A stretch of 64,000 bases of DNA from an uncultured Christensenella sp. (lineage in GTDB: Bacteria > Bacillota > Clostridia > Christensenellales > UBA3700): the NCBI GenBank assembly GCA_950079155.1, contig CATMWH010000003.1, positions 172,247 through 236,246 of the forward strand. Direction: 5' to 3'. Under the pieces are notes generated by a model. It saw nothing but the letters and a program-made list of their open reading frames with translations. It was not told the origin of the DNA and searched no databases. Shown one piece after another: positions 21,224-31,746 of the stretch (position 1 is the stretch's first letter; each line of letters starts with the position of its first letter). The position numbers were made by a program, and so were the translations under genes.

Positions 21224-23509
21224 ATGAAAAAAAAGAGAATTTTGTCAGTTATGGCATTGACGCTGATTTTGGCTGTGGGGTTGAGTATATTCTGCGCTTG
21301 CGGAGCGCCGAAAAGCGTTGACGCGACTATATCTAGAGACAAGATGGGAGTCGAGATTGCAGACACAATGTACGGATTGTTTTTGGAAGACATATCCTAC
21401 GCAGGCGACGGCGGACTCATATCAGAACTCGTCAACAACGGAAGTTTTGAGTATGAGGCCAAAAAGACGGCATACTGGAATATCGACGGCAACGCAGAAG
21501 TTAAGAGCGGGAGCGGACTTAATGCTTCAAATCCTTCCTACCTGCATTTATCAGTAGACGGAGAAATAAAACTTGAGAATTTGGGTTATATAGAATATTA
21601 CGATTATTTGACGGAAAATTACAATCAAGACAAGATGAATACCTCTGATATGGGATTTCACAAAGACGTTGAATACGATTTGTCGTTTTACGTCCGCGTG
21701 AATGATTTTGAGGGAACATTGTCGGCGGGACTTTTTTCGCCAAGCAACGGCGAGACTGTCAATTTGACAATTCCGTCTCAAAAGGACGAATGGGTCAAAG
21801 TGAGCGGAGTGTTGAAGAGCAAAGCCACAGAGGACGGCGCTTTGGTATTGACGGCGCAAGGCAAAGGCGAACTTGATATCGACTTTGTGTCGTTGGTTCC
21901 GCGCGATTCATACGGATATGCAAGAGAAGAATGGAAATACGTATCTTTGCGGGCAGACCTATACGACGCGCTTGCTCAACTTTCGCCTGCATTCGTAAGA
22001 TTTCCGGGCGGTTGTCTTGCCGAAGGCGACACATTTGAACATCTCTTTGACTGGAAGAAGACCATAGGACCGCTTGAAGAGCGAGAGCAATATCACAATA
22101 TTTGGCGTGATGAGGAGCACGGCAAATATTACAACAACACTTTTGCGCTTGGCTATCACGAATACTTTCAACTTTGCGAAGATTTGGGAGCGCAGGCTTT
22201 ACCTATACTCAACGTGGGTATGATATGTCAGTTTCAAGCGAAATATAATCAGAATGCAAATAAGTACGCGCAAGGCAAGATGAGCAAAACCGAGTGGGAG
22301 GCATATCTTGACAGCGTTGCATTGAGACCGGGTACGGCGGAGTTTGACTCGTATATTGAAGATATAATGGATTTGATAGAGTACGCAAACGGCGACGCTT
22401 CCACTGAATGGGGCGCAAAGAGAGCGCAAAACGGTCATCCCGAGCCGTTTAATATAAGTTATATCGGACTTGGCAATGAGAATTGGGGCGAACTGTATTG
22501 GCGTAATTTCGACGCGCTTTACAAAGCCGTCAAGGAGGCTCATCCGGAATTGACTATAATTTCGTCGGCGTCATATCAATTCAGCGGAGAGAGATTCGAC
22601 GATTGTTGGGAGCATATACACAGTGACTATGCGGACACATTGGTAGACGAGCATTACTACACGTCGCAAAACAAACTTTTCAAGCATAACGACAGATACG
22701 ACAGTTATGACAGAGACAGCGCCAAAGTATTTGTAGGCGAATACGCTGCAAGCAGTTGGGGTATCGGTAAATATTGGTCGCAGAACAATCTTTGGTCTGC
22801 AGTAGAAGAGGCGAGTTATCTGACTGCGCTCGAGCGCAACGGCGACGTAGTAAAAATGGCGTCATATGCGCCTACTTTCGCCAAGATAAACGCGCAGTGT
22901 TGGGATATAAATATGATATGGTTTGACTCTCAAGGTATCGTGCTTACGCCAAATTATTTCAATCAAATGCTTTTTGCCAACAATACCGGCAGTAGATATA
23001 TTGACACGGGTATTACCGCCAAAGGTATTTATTCTTCGGCGTCAGTAGACGAGGAGAGCCAGAGCATCTACGTCAAGATTGTCAACGTAAACGCAAATGC
23101 TATGAACGTGGATTTGACATTTGACGGCTTTGGAAAAATCAACGCAAGTTCTATGCAATATATGAGCGGTCCAAGAGCGGCATACAATGCGCCGGATATG
23201 ACCACCGTTGCGCCTATGCAGGTCGATTGCGCTATCGACGGAGACAGCGTGTCAACAAGAGTGGACGGACAGAGCATAAATATTATCCGTATTTATTATG
23301 GCGACAACGACGGATCTTCGGCTTATAATCTGCCGTATTTGCCGCAGAATATGCAAAATGAAATAACTCAGTTTGACTCGTTTGTAATGACTCCAGAATT
23401 GGGTTTTGCCGTTGGTATAATAGGCGTATCGGTACTTATTGCGCTTGTTTTTGCAGTGTTGGCTAGAATCAACAAAAAATTGATATACAAAAAGGCTGGA
23501 ATAAAATAA
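21224..23509 (+). CDS. GH51 alpha-L-arabinofuranosidase, lipoprotein signal and C-terminal TM
   Basis: YGLFLEDIS, FVRFPGGC, GLGNENWG (acid/base), VDEHYY, VFVGEYA (nucleophile), MASYAP. Confidence 0.9.
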   Translation: MKKKRILSVMALTLILAVGLSIFCACGAPKSVDATISRDKMGVEIADTMYGLFLEDISYAGDGGLISELVNNGSFEYEAKKTAYWNIDGNAEVKSGSGLNASNPSYLHLSVDGEIKLENLGYIEYYDYLTENYNQDKMNTSDMGFHKDVEYDLSFYVRVNDFEGTLSAGLFSPSNGETVNLTIPSQKDEWVKVSGVLKSKATEDGALVLTAQGKGELDIDFVSLVPRDSYGYAREEWKYVSLRADLYDALAQLSPAFVRFPGGCLAEGDTFEHLFDWKKTIGPLEEREQYHNIWRDEEHGKYYNNTFALGYHEYFQLCEDLGAQALPILNVGMICQFQAKYNQNANKYAQGKMSKTEWEAYLDSVALRPGTAEFDSYIEDIMDLIEYANGDASTEWGAKRAQNGHPEPFNISYIGLGNENWGELYWRNFDALYKAVKEAHPELTIISSASYQFSGERFDDCWEHIHSDYADTLVDEHYYTSQNKLFKHNDRYDSYDRDSAKVFVGEYAASSWGIGKYWSQNNLWSAVEEASYLTALERNGDVVKMASYAPTFAKINAQCWDINMIWFDSQGIVLTPNYFNQMLFANNTGSRYIDTGITAKGIYSSASVDEESQSIYVKIVNVNANAMNVDLTFDGFGKINASSMQYMSGPRAAYNAPDMTTVAPMQVDCAIDGDSVSTRVDGQSINIIRIYYGDNDGSSAYNLPYLPQNMQNEITQFDSFVMTPELGFAVGIIGVSVLIALVFAVLARINKKLIYKKAGIK

Positions 23510-23568
23510 TTCTTCTACAGCCGATACAAATCTTTCAAATGCGCGTAGTGTTGGATGATAGGTGAGAT

Positions 23569-24237
23569 ATGACCAAAAGGGAGAAGATTGCAATTTCAAT
23601 ATCGGCAATAATAGGATTTGCGGTGTTCTGCATAGCGCTTGCGCCTATTTGGTTTTTGCTTGGGTATTTATTTGGAGACCATACTTGTTTTGTACGAGTA
23701 GAATATAAAGAATTGCCTTATGCAATGGGAGAGGATTATGTATATGTTTCATCTACTTTTTGGGATGAACTGGATTACAAATTAAAAGATTCCGTGTCAA
23801 TTATGTATAGTGGCAAGTGGGGAAAGTATAACGATAGCAATTTTGAGACGCCGATTCCCAAGACGTGGAATTATCACGCCGGCTTTGAAAAACAATTGGG
23901 TGACGAATGTTTCTCAAATATAAATGTTGCTTGCTCTAAAGTTAATATGAAGAACTATGACGAATCGTCATACGACTGCATATATGGAAAATACAAATAC
24001 AATGTAGATTCTCAAATCGAAAGAGACGGCGAGGGAAATTATGGGTACTATTTAGACTATAACGTATGCGTTGTCGCAGAAAGCGGCATTATTTGCGATT
24101 TCAGCATAACTATTTACGGTTTTGAATTATTAGACGAGCCGTTTAAAGACTCAATCAAAGACGGATTTAAATATCATAGGGTTTTTGAGGGGATGCTTGA
24201 TAATTTAGTAGGGTATTCGTATTTTATTATTCAGTGA
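23569..24237 (+). CDS. Hypothetical membrane-anchored protein
   Basis: N-terminal TM helix, RBS aggtg. Confidence 0.6.
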   Translation: MTKREKIAISISAIIGFAVFCIALAPIWFLLGYLFGDHTCFVRVEYKELPYAMGEDYVYVSSTFWDELDYKLKDSVSIMYSGKWGKYNDSNFETPIPKTWNYHAGFEKQLGDECFSNINVACSKVNMKNYDESSYDCIYGKYKYNVDSQIERDGEGNYGYYLDYNVCVVAESGIICDFSITIYGFELLDEPFKDSIKDGFKYHRVFEGMLDNLVGYSYFIIQ

Positions 24238-24547
24238 TTATGATGTTAGCAAATTAGACTAATGCTTATAATTTTTTAAAGAAATAAAATAATATTAAAT
24301 TTAACTAGAGAGAAAAAATTAGAAATTATTTTCCAAAACATCTAGACAAAAGTTGAGATGAGTGTTATTATATGAATGTATAATATATTTCAACATATTT
24401 TACTTTATTGCAACAGAAATTTTAGAATATATACTAAACTTTATTTACAAGCGCAAAGTTACACTTTATAATGTAGCGAAATTAAGAAATTATAAAAATT
24501 CAAGAGAATAATCGAGGAGTATAGGCAGTAAAAACAAGGAGGCAAAT

Positions 24548-25306
24548 ATGAAAGGGAAGAAAAGAATTGTAGTGATGACGTTGATGGCAATTATGCTAAT
24601 AACATCAATGAGTATAGTAAGCGGATGTGTGAATCATCTAGAAGATGAAGTGATTATAGGAGACTTTGTGTGTCAAGTAATGTCAGATAAGACAGTAAAC
24701 TTGAAGAACTTGTCTGAAGAGGGAAAAAAGAAGAAAAACGTAGTAGTTCCGCAAGAGATAAATGGGATGAAAGTGAATATGCTAGGTTATAGAAATGCAG
24801 TTTTTTCAAGCGGATCAGGTTGTTGGGAGAGTGAAAATCTGAACAAGATATATATTGAAGGAAAGAACTATACAGTAAAGCGAATGATATTTAATGGCTG
24901 TCCAAATTTAAATAAGATAATTTTTATTGACAAAGATAACAATGAGACTAGCGATTTTAGTGTTGTAAATTCAACGTTATTTGTAAATAAAAGCAAGTAT
25001 TTTTCATTTGATATACAATATAATGAAAGTAAAATTCCAAGTTCATATGCTGCTAATGTGTCATATTTTTATAATTATGAAGATTCGTTAAATGATGGAT
25101 ATTATTGGATAGATGATATAGAGGACGGAGCGTTAATAGACTATATACCTAAAGAACCAAGAAGAGAAGGGTATCTATTTGAAGGATGGTATAAGGAAGA
25201 AGAGTGTCTTAACAAATGGGATTTCAGCGTAGATAGAATACAAAAGTCAGAATATTATACAGAATTCATAGAGAATAAACTATTTGCCAAATGGGCAAAA
25301 GAATAA
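24548..25306 (+). CDS. Lipoprotein paralog 1 (LRR-cap-like + InlB B-repeat-like domain)
   Basis: Lipobox VSG-C; VVVPQEING; P.REGYLFEGWY...W.F...LFAKW. Confidence 0.8.
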   Translation: MKGKKRIVVMTLMAIMLITSMSIVSGCVNHLEDEVIIGDFVCQVMSDKTVNLKNLSEEGKKKKNVVVPQEINGMKVNMLGYRNAVFSSGSGCWESENLNKIYIEGKNYTVKRMIFNGCPNLNKIIFIDKDNNETSDFSVVNSTLFVNKSKYFSFDIQYNESKIPSSYAANVSYFYNYEDSLNDGYYWIDDIEDGALIDYIPKEPRREGYLFEGWYKEEECLNKWDFSVDRIQKSEYYTEFIENKLFAKWAKE

Positions 25307-26711
25307 ACCAAATAAGGAAAGAATAGAGATTCAAAAGAGAAAGACGATAATAATAGGATTCGTAATTTCGACCGTAGTGTAGTGAATTGGAGAAATCACA
25401 ACATATTAAATATATATAAAAAACAGAAATGAAAACGAAAAAATATAGAGAAGAATTAAATGACAAGGAGGCAAAAATGAAAGGGAAGAAAAGAATTGTA
25501 GTGATGACGTTGATAGCAATTATACTAATAACATCAATGAGTATAGTAAGCGGATGTGTGAATCATCTAGAAGATGAAGTGATTATAGGAGACTTTGTGT
25601 GTCAAGTTATGAGTGATAACACAGTGCATTTAAAGAATTTATCTGAAGAGGGGAAGAAGAAAAAGTATATAGTAGTGCCGCAAGAGTTGAACGGAATGCG
25701 AGTAAATATGTTGGGTTATAGGAATGCAATATTTTCTCGTGGAAAAAGTAATTGGGAAAGTGAAAATCTAGAAAAAGTTTATATAGATAATGAGTATATA
25801 TTTTTTCATAATAGTTTGTTTGAGTCCTGCCCAAACATTAAAAAGTATATACTGGTTAGAAAACATTATAAAAATGACGCTAAATTTCTAAAATTAGGTA
25901 TAACTACATATATGACGCCGACTTATTATATTGAAGAATGGGGAGGAGACGAAAATTTAGAATATTTCTCAAATGGCGAGTTGAAATGGCGAGGTGCAAA
26001 CATAACATATTATTATAATTATGAAGAATCACCAAATGACGGATATTATTGGATAGATGACGTAGAAGATAGAGAGTTAATAGATTATATACCAGAAAAT
26101 CCAAAAAGAGATGGATATACATTTAAGGGGTGGTATAGAGAAGAAGAGTGTTTGACTATGTGGGATTTTGATAGAGACGTAGTAAAAAAAGCAACAATTG
26201 AAGAATCATATTATGAGAATAAACTATTTGCCAAATGGGCAAAAGAATAAACCAAATAAGGAAAGAATAGAGATTCAAAAGAGAAAGACGATAATAATAG
26301 GATTCGTAATTTCGACCGTAGTGTAGTGAATTGGAGAAATCACAACATATTAAATATATATAAAAAACAGAAATGAAAACGAAAAAATATAGAGAAGAAT
26401 TAAATGACAAGGAGGCAAAAATGAAAGGGAAGAAAAGAATTGTAGTGATGACGTTGATAGCAATTATACTAATAACATCAATGAGTATAGTAAGCGGATG
26501 TGTGAATCATCTAGAAGATGAAGTGATTATAGGAGACTTTGTGTGTCAAGTTATGAGTGATAACACAGTGCATTTAAAGAATTTATCTGAAGAGGGGAAG
26601 AAGAAAAAGTATATAGTAGTGCCGCAAGAGTTGAACGGAATGCGAGTAAATATGTTGGGTTATAGGAATGCAATATTTTCTCGTGGAAAAAGTAATTGGG
26701 AAAGTGAAAAT
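25271..26711 (+). repeat. 497-bp direct repeat, two copies (25271-25767 and 26215-26711, offset 944)
   Basis: Identical by eye; covers the last codons of one gene, the intergenic region and the first ~97 codons of the next. Confidence 0.9.
25477..26250 (+). CDS. Lipoprotein paralog 2
   Basis: Same N- and C-terminus as paralog 1; RBS aaggagg before ATG 25477. Confidence 0.8.
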   Translation: MKGKKRIVVMTLIAIILITSMSIVSGCVNHLEDEVIIGDFVCQVMSDNTVHLKNLSEEGKKKKYIVVPQELNGMRVNMLGYRNAIFSRGKSNWESENLEKVYIDNEYIFFHNSLFESCPNIKKYILVRKHYKNDAKFLKLGITTYMTPTYYIEEWGGDENLEYFSNGELKWRGANITYYYNYEESPNDGYYWIDDVEDRELIDYIPENPKRDGYTFKGWYREEECLTMWDFDRDVVKKATIEESYYENKLFAKWAKE

Positions 26712-27188
26712 TTGGAGAAAGTTTTCATAAATAATGAAAATTTATTCTTTTTAGATGGTTTATTTGCAGATTGTCCTAATATAAAGAAAGTTTTAATTAT
26801 AAATAATAATAATGAAGAACTTGAAGGGTATGGTAGTCAGGTACACGTATTTAGTAGTTTAAATAACTATTTGGAAAAAACTCCTTATCAAAACGATCTA
26901 TTATGGAATTATTCGCATATATATGTTGCAAATATATCATATTTCTATAATTATGAAGAAGCACCAAATGATGGATATTATTGGATAGATGACGTAGAAG
27001 ATGGGGAGTTAATAGATTATATACCAGAAGATCCAAAAAGAGATGGATATATATTCAAAGGTTGGTTTAAGGATGAAGAATGTATTAACGAATGGGATTT
27101 TGAAACAGATAAAGTAGAAAAATTCGAGGAAGGAAAATTTATAGAGTTTAAAGAAAATAAACTATTTGCCAAATGGGCAAAAGAATAA
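26421..27188 (+). CDS. Lipoprotein paralog 3
   Basis: N-terminal ~100 aa identical to paralog 2; divergent middle; ends ENKLFAKWAKE. Confidence 0.8.
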   Translation: MKGKKRIVVMTLIAIILITSMSIVSGCVNHLEDEVIIGDFVCQVMSDNTVHLKNLSEEGKKKKYIVVPQELNGMRVNMLGYRNAIFSRGKSNWESENLEKVFINNENLFFLDGLFADCPNIKKVLIINNNNEELEGYGSQVHVFSSLNNYLEKTPYQNDLLWNYSHIYVANISYFYNYEEAPNDGYYWIDDVEDGELIDYIPEDPKRDGYIFKGWFKDEECINEWDFETDKVEKFEEGKFIEFKENKLFAKWAKE

Positions 27189-27217
27189 AAATATAAAAAA
27201 TAAGGGAGGAAAATAAG

Positions 27218-30200
27218 ATGCAAAAGACAAAGACTATCAGTTTTGTTTTGGTATTGGTGTTGCTGTTTTCAATATTATTGACTGCAATACTAATGTGTAA
27301 TTTTACCAATGCTCAAGCAGAGACGGAGCAGGAGGAAAAATCACTAGCGGAATTATTCAGCAAAACCAATACATACAATTGCAAAGTTGCCGAAGTGACA
27401 AATATTGAAGAAAAGGACGTATATAACGTCCAATACGATTTGTCTGCCAACGGCAAGAATAGTAATCAAGTAATGGATATTCCCCAGATTACCGTACTCA
27501 CTCACGGACTGGGAGGCTCTGCTGCAGATTGGAGTAATAAGTATGATGGAGGAGAAAAAAATAAATTTGAATATGATACAGATTCAATTATACAGAAATT
27601 AGAAAACAAATTCTTTGGTAAAGAAAGCAGTATTTTATTTAAAATTAAACTTGAAGATGATAAGGTAGCGCTATATAGGAATTATTCACAAGCCATAACA
27701 AACACTGTAAATGATATACTGGATATCTCCAAACACATTATTTTAGTCTTTGAAGCCAAGAAATCGCTTGCTTCTAATGACAGTGTCTATTATGAATTTA
27801 ATACTGCAATTAGCAACGTAGTTTTGCAAGTCAAAGAACTCAACGGCGGAATTTTGCCTAAGTTGAATTTGATAGGACACAGCAGAGGAGGATTGACCAA
27901 TATGCAGTATGCGCTTGATCATCCCAATATGGTGGCGTCGTTGATAAGTATAGGTACTCCGTATTTTTCTTCCAACACAGCAAATGTATTAGGCGAGATG
28001 TTTATGGGTGGACAGACCGATGGATTGGACGATATCGTAGACCCCAATATTTATATGCAATATTACAACCGTTGGAACGAGAACTATGACAGCCTTTATA
28101 AGGACATAAATGCTGTGGCAATAGGCGGATATTCGTCACTTTCAATGTTGCCTTTAATACTCACTAATGACAAAAGTAATGTGATAGAAAGTGTAGCGGG
28201 TTTAAATAAAAGCGAACGCGTAGCCGTGGCAGTTTTCCTTGAAGGATTTTTCGCCTACGTCGCGGGAGTTAAGGGACTCAATATAGAATTGTCGTCTATA
28301 AATTCTTTGCTGACAAGAGGACTGAATGCATTGCTACCGCAAAGTAAAATTGTGGATATATTAACTTTAATAAACAGTGAAATCGGCTTCACATATCACC
28401 CTCCGTTTACGGCATATTTTGGAGACTTATTAGTTCCGTTGGATTCTCAACTTGGAATAGAAAACGGCATAGAGTTGATAAACATTCACAAATATAAAGG
28501 CTTTAAAAGATATAAGAGATATTTCAACGAATTCAACACCAACTTTGACAAAGTAGCACAGGCAATGCCGCCGGCAGTGCACAATCTCGAGCCGAGAGAC
28601 GCGCAAATCATTGAGTGGGTCTGCAACGAAGTCAATATGGGCATTGTCGAAGAGGGATTTAGATATAAGAAAGTCAATGAAAGCGGAATAGCGATCACAG
28701 GGTATTACGGCAGGTATGATTCAACTGAAGTAGTAGTTCCTGCTCAGATTGACGGATTTGACGTTGTTGCAATCTATGACAATGCTTTTAACGAAAGTTG
28801 GTTTAGAGAAAATATGACAAAGGTGACTTTGCCTAGTAGCGTCATTTCAATAGGCGAAAGCGCATTTGCCGATTGTAGTGCATTGAAAAACGTTGAGTTG
28901 GGTGAAAACAGTTTGCTTGAAAGCATTGGTAAGGGTGCATTCGGCGGTTGTGTAAGTTTGGATCACCTTCCCGATTTAGGGGCGGTTCAACAAATTGCCG
29001 ACGGCGCTTTTTCAGGAAGTTCAATAAAGAAAATAGATTTTGCGCAATTTCCGTTGATAAATTCAATAGGAGCAGGCGCATTCAGAGAATGCAAAAATCT
29101 TGCGAGTTTAACTTTTGGGAGCAACATAACAAGTATTGGCGAATACGCTTTCTTTGGGTGCGAGGATTTGACCAGCGTTGCTATTCCGCAAGGAATTGCT
29201 GAAATAGGTGTAGGCGCTTTTGCAGGCTGTCTTGCTATGACTCATATAAATGTTGATTCTGCCAACAATGTATATAAGTCAATAAGCGGTGTATTGTATA
29301 GCAAAGACGAAAGCGTAATTTATCAGTACCCTGCCGGACAAGCAGGCTATATGTACGTTGTTCCCGACAGTGTAAGAACTATTGCCGAATGCGCTTTTGC
29401 TTTCAATTCAATGAGAGACATAAGACTTAACAAAGATCTTAAGCAAATAGGTAAATATGCTTTTTATTCCAACAAAAGTCTGACAGAGATAGTCGTCTAT
29501 AAAGAGATAAGCAATATAGATTTGTATGCATTTGCAGATTGTACCTCATTGAGAAAAGTGACTTTGTTTAATCCTAACCCCAACCACCTGTCAGACTGGG
29601 CATTTGACAATATCGCTGATGACGCTAAATTTTTTGTAACATATTATGCATTGAGTAAAGACTACGATGTCAACAAGTTTAATAAATTAGAATATTTTAT
29701 TGATAGATTTGCTCTAAAAGATTACGTAAAAAATTTGAATCCTATCAAATATAACGCGCACTATTATGATGGGGATAAATTAATTGTGACAAGGACGCAA
29801 TACTATTTGACAAAAGATCTCGCGTATGCGGAGAAAGAAGGATATGTTTTATCTTGTTGGCATTATAAGGGTACTAAAAATTTGTTTAATTCTTCAGATT
29901 ATGTATTAGATGAAGAAATAGAACTCCAGGCGCAATGGATTACTAAACAATTTAAAATAAAATTTACTCGTATCAATTCAAGCGGAGGAGTAGAGTTTGG
30001 ATATTTAAGCATTGTCAATGGCGTGGGAGATATAGTAATGCAGCCTACTATGGTGGAATACGGCGCTAAGGCTAATGAAAAGATAAAAGAAAAACTTATG
30101 GATTGGTATTATAATGAGGGAAGGTATTATGAAGGGAAAGTAATAGAAAAATTTGAGTTCTCTAAAGTATGCGTTGCTGGTCCTTCTATAAATCTAGGAG

Positions 30201-30946
30201 GTTATGGACAAGGTGCTACGCAGGGATATAATAAGATTTTAATTGGCGAAAGTTTTAAGCCGGAAGATAATTATGACTATTCTGCGGTATATGCTTTTGT
30301 AGAATCTTTGATTGAAGAAGGCGTAAGAGACTTTGGTGATGCAGACGAGATATGGATAGATCCTCAATTTAGAACAAAAAAAGTAACGTTTAATTTTAAT
30401 CCTAACGGAGGGGAGTTTGATGGCGATCGCAGAGTCAGCAAAGACTTCGGTATGTCTTTTAGTATGGCAGTTCCAGAAATGTGGGGATATAGTTTTTTAG
30501 GTTGGAATATAGAGAGCATTTTAGCAGTGTCAGACAAATATGATACTTCTAAATTACCCAACTTTACGTCTTCAAACAATAGTTATATAGGAAAAATATA
30601 TAATTTTGCAACTGTGCCGGATTTGATATATAAAATTCCTTTTGACTATTCAGTAAATCTAGTGGCGCAGTGGAAATATGAGACTATTGACGCTTATGCA
30701 ATGTCGGGCAGTGAAATTAATGGTGGAAATACCAAGTGGATCGACTTTTCTCGATATCAAGGATTGACAAACGTTTACAAAACTTTTAAAGTCGCAAATA
30801 CCGTGAGTAAATTGTATGTTAAGAATATGGCTCTTTTGGAAAATGTTAATTTCAAGATATTGGGAGATTGTACTTTGATTTTTGAAAATTGCTTGTTTAA
30901 AGCGCCTAATGGCGAGTGCGGCGTTGACGCAACAGGAAAAATTTAA
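27218..30946 (+). CDS. Secreted alpha/beta-hydrolase (lipase-like) + BspA-type LRR + InlB B-repeat protein, truncated by frameshift
   Basis: Signal peptide; THGLGG, GHSRGG nucleophile elbow (27875), GDLLVP, VHN; IGxxAFxxC repeats. Confidence 0.8.
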   Translation: MQKTKTISFVLVLVLLFSILLTAILMCNFTNAQAETEQEEKSLAELFSKTNTYNCKVAEVTNIEEKDVYNVQYDLSANGKNSNQVMDIPQITVLTHGLGGSAADWSNKYDGGEKNKFEYDTDSIIQKLENKFFGKESSILFKIKLEDDKVALYRNYSQAITNTVNDILDISKHIILVFEAKKSLASNDSVYYEFNTAISNVVLQVKELNGGILPKLNLIGHSRGGLTNMQYALDHPNMVASLISIGTPYFSSNTANVLGEMFMGGQTDGLDDIVDPNIYMQYYNRWNENYDSLYKDINAVAIGGYSSLSMLPLILTNDKSNVIESVAGLNKSERVAVAVFLEGFFAYVAGVKGLNIELSSINSLLTRGLNALLPQSKIVDILTLINSEIGFTYHPPFTAYFGDLLVPLDSQLGIENGIELINIHKYKGFKRYKRYFNEFNTNFDKVAQAMPPAVHNLEPRDAQIIEWVCNEVNMGIVEEGFRYKKVNESGIAITGYYGRYDSTEVVVPAQIDGFDVVAIYDNAFNESWFRENMTKVTLPSSVISIGESAFADCSALKNVELGENSLLESIGKGAFGGCVSLDHLPDLGAVQQIADGAFSGSSIKKIDFAQFPLINSIGAGAFRECKNLASLTFGSNITSIGEYAFFGCEDLTSVAIPQGIAEIGVGAFAGCLAMTHINVDSANNVYKSISGVLYSKDESVIYQYPAGQAGYMYVVPDSVRTIAECAFAFNSMRDIRLNKDLKQIGKYAFYSNKSLTEIVVYKEISNIDLYAFADCTSLRKVTLFNPNPNHLSDWAFDNIADDAKFFVTYYALSKDYDVNKFNKLEYFIDRFALKDYVKNLNPIKYNAHYYDGDKLIVTRTQYYLTKDLAYAEKEGYVLSCWHYKGTKNLFNSSDYVLDEEIELQAQWITKQFKIKFTRINSSGGVEFGYLSIVNGVGDIVMQPTMVEYGAKANEKIKEKLMDWYYNEGRYYEGKVIEKFEFSKVCVAGPSINLGGYGQGATQGYNKILIGESFKPEDNYDYSAVYAFVESLIEEGVRDFGDADEIWIDPQFRTKKVTFNFNPNGGEFDGDRRVSKDFGMSFSMAVPEMWGYSFLGWNIESILAVSDKYDTSKLPNFTSSNNSYIGKIYNFATVPDLIYKIPFDYSVNLVAQWKYETIDAYAMSGSEINGGNTKWIDFSRYQGLTNVYKTFKVANTVSKLYVKNMALLENVNFKILGDCTLIFENCLFKAPNGECGVDATGKI

Positions 30947-30975
30947 AACTAGTAGGACTGGGTCAAAATATCATT

Positions 30976-31683
30976 TTGGGCGGGGACAAAGTCGACTTTT
31001 TAAAATCAGCGATGTCAACTTATTGCGCTGGTATTATTGCCAATTCTCTAACAATTGAGGGACCGTGTAATGAAAATGATTATCTGATCATTACTGGGGG
31101 TAATGGTTATAATTCTCAGTCCGCCGGAGTAGACGGATGTATAGGCGGCGTTGGTATCAAAGTTAATGACTTGATTGTTGTGTCAGGCAAGGTTAAGGTT
31201 TTTGGAGGCAAAGGGGGAACCGGAGCAAAAGGCGCAGACGCTGCTTCAACATCTTCAGGCGTCGGATATGTCGGAGGTAAAGGCGGCAATGGAGGCAAAG
31301 GAGGAGTTGGATTGAATGTATTTAGCAGTTGTACTGTGGGGAATAATGTTGACTTTGAAATCAAAGGCGGAGACGGCGGTCAAGGCGGCGAAGGTGGAAA
31401 GGGAGGCAAAGGCGCAGACGGTAAGTTTGCTAATCCCGCAAAGCAAGGCGGTCAAGGCGGAGCCGGAGGCAATGGCGGAGACGGCGGAGCCGCTGTGGAA
31501 AAGCGGCCTATAGTAAATATTGATGAAGATATGATAAGTATTTACGGCGGAGATGGAGGTATGGGCGGAACAGGCGGTCAAGGCGGAGACGGCGGTAAAA
31601 AATATTTGACAAATAATCACGCCGCTCAAGGTGCGTCTGGACAGAAAGGAAATAGAGGAAGTTATGGCGAATACTACATTTAG
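30976..31683 (+). pseudogene. Gly-rich PGRS-like C-terminal part of the preceding gene in the -1 frame
   Basis: No RBS or ATG; the frame is open back across the upstream stop; one extra A in ggaaaaattt (30935-30944) joins both into ...DATGKNLKLVGLGQNIILGGD... Confidence 0.7.
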
Positions 31684-31696
31684 AAGTTAATAAGAC

Positions 31697-31730
31697 CGCC
31701 GCTTACTTATCTGGTAAGCGGCGATTGTTT
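31697..31730. terminator. Terminator between convergent genes
   Basis: cgccgcttac-N7-gtaagcggcg. Confidence 0.75.
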
Positions 31731-31746
31731 ATTGATTAAAAATCCA

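Noticed and set aside
25359-25390. Third copy of the candidate ECF promoter (tcgtaattt, also at about 26305)
   Set aside because: Upstream element matches, but ACACTA is absent at the 20-nt offset.
24548-27188. Diversity-generating retroelement as source of lipoprotein variation
   Set aside because: No reverse transcriptase or template repeat in the window, and differences are not adenine-specific.
30935-30946. Programmed -1 ribosomal frameshift
   Set aside because: No canonical X-XXY-YYZ heptamer in the right frame and no obvious stimulatory hairpin; an indel is simpler.
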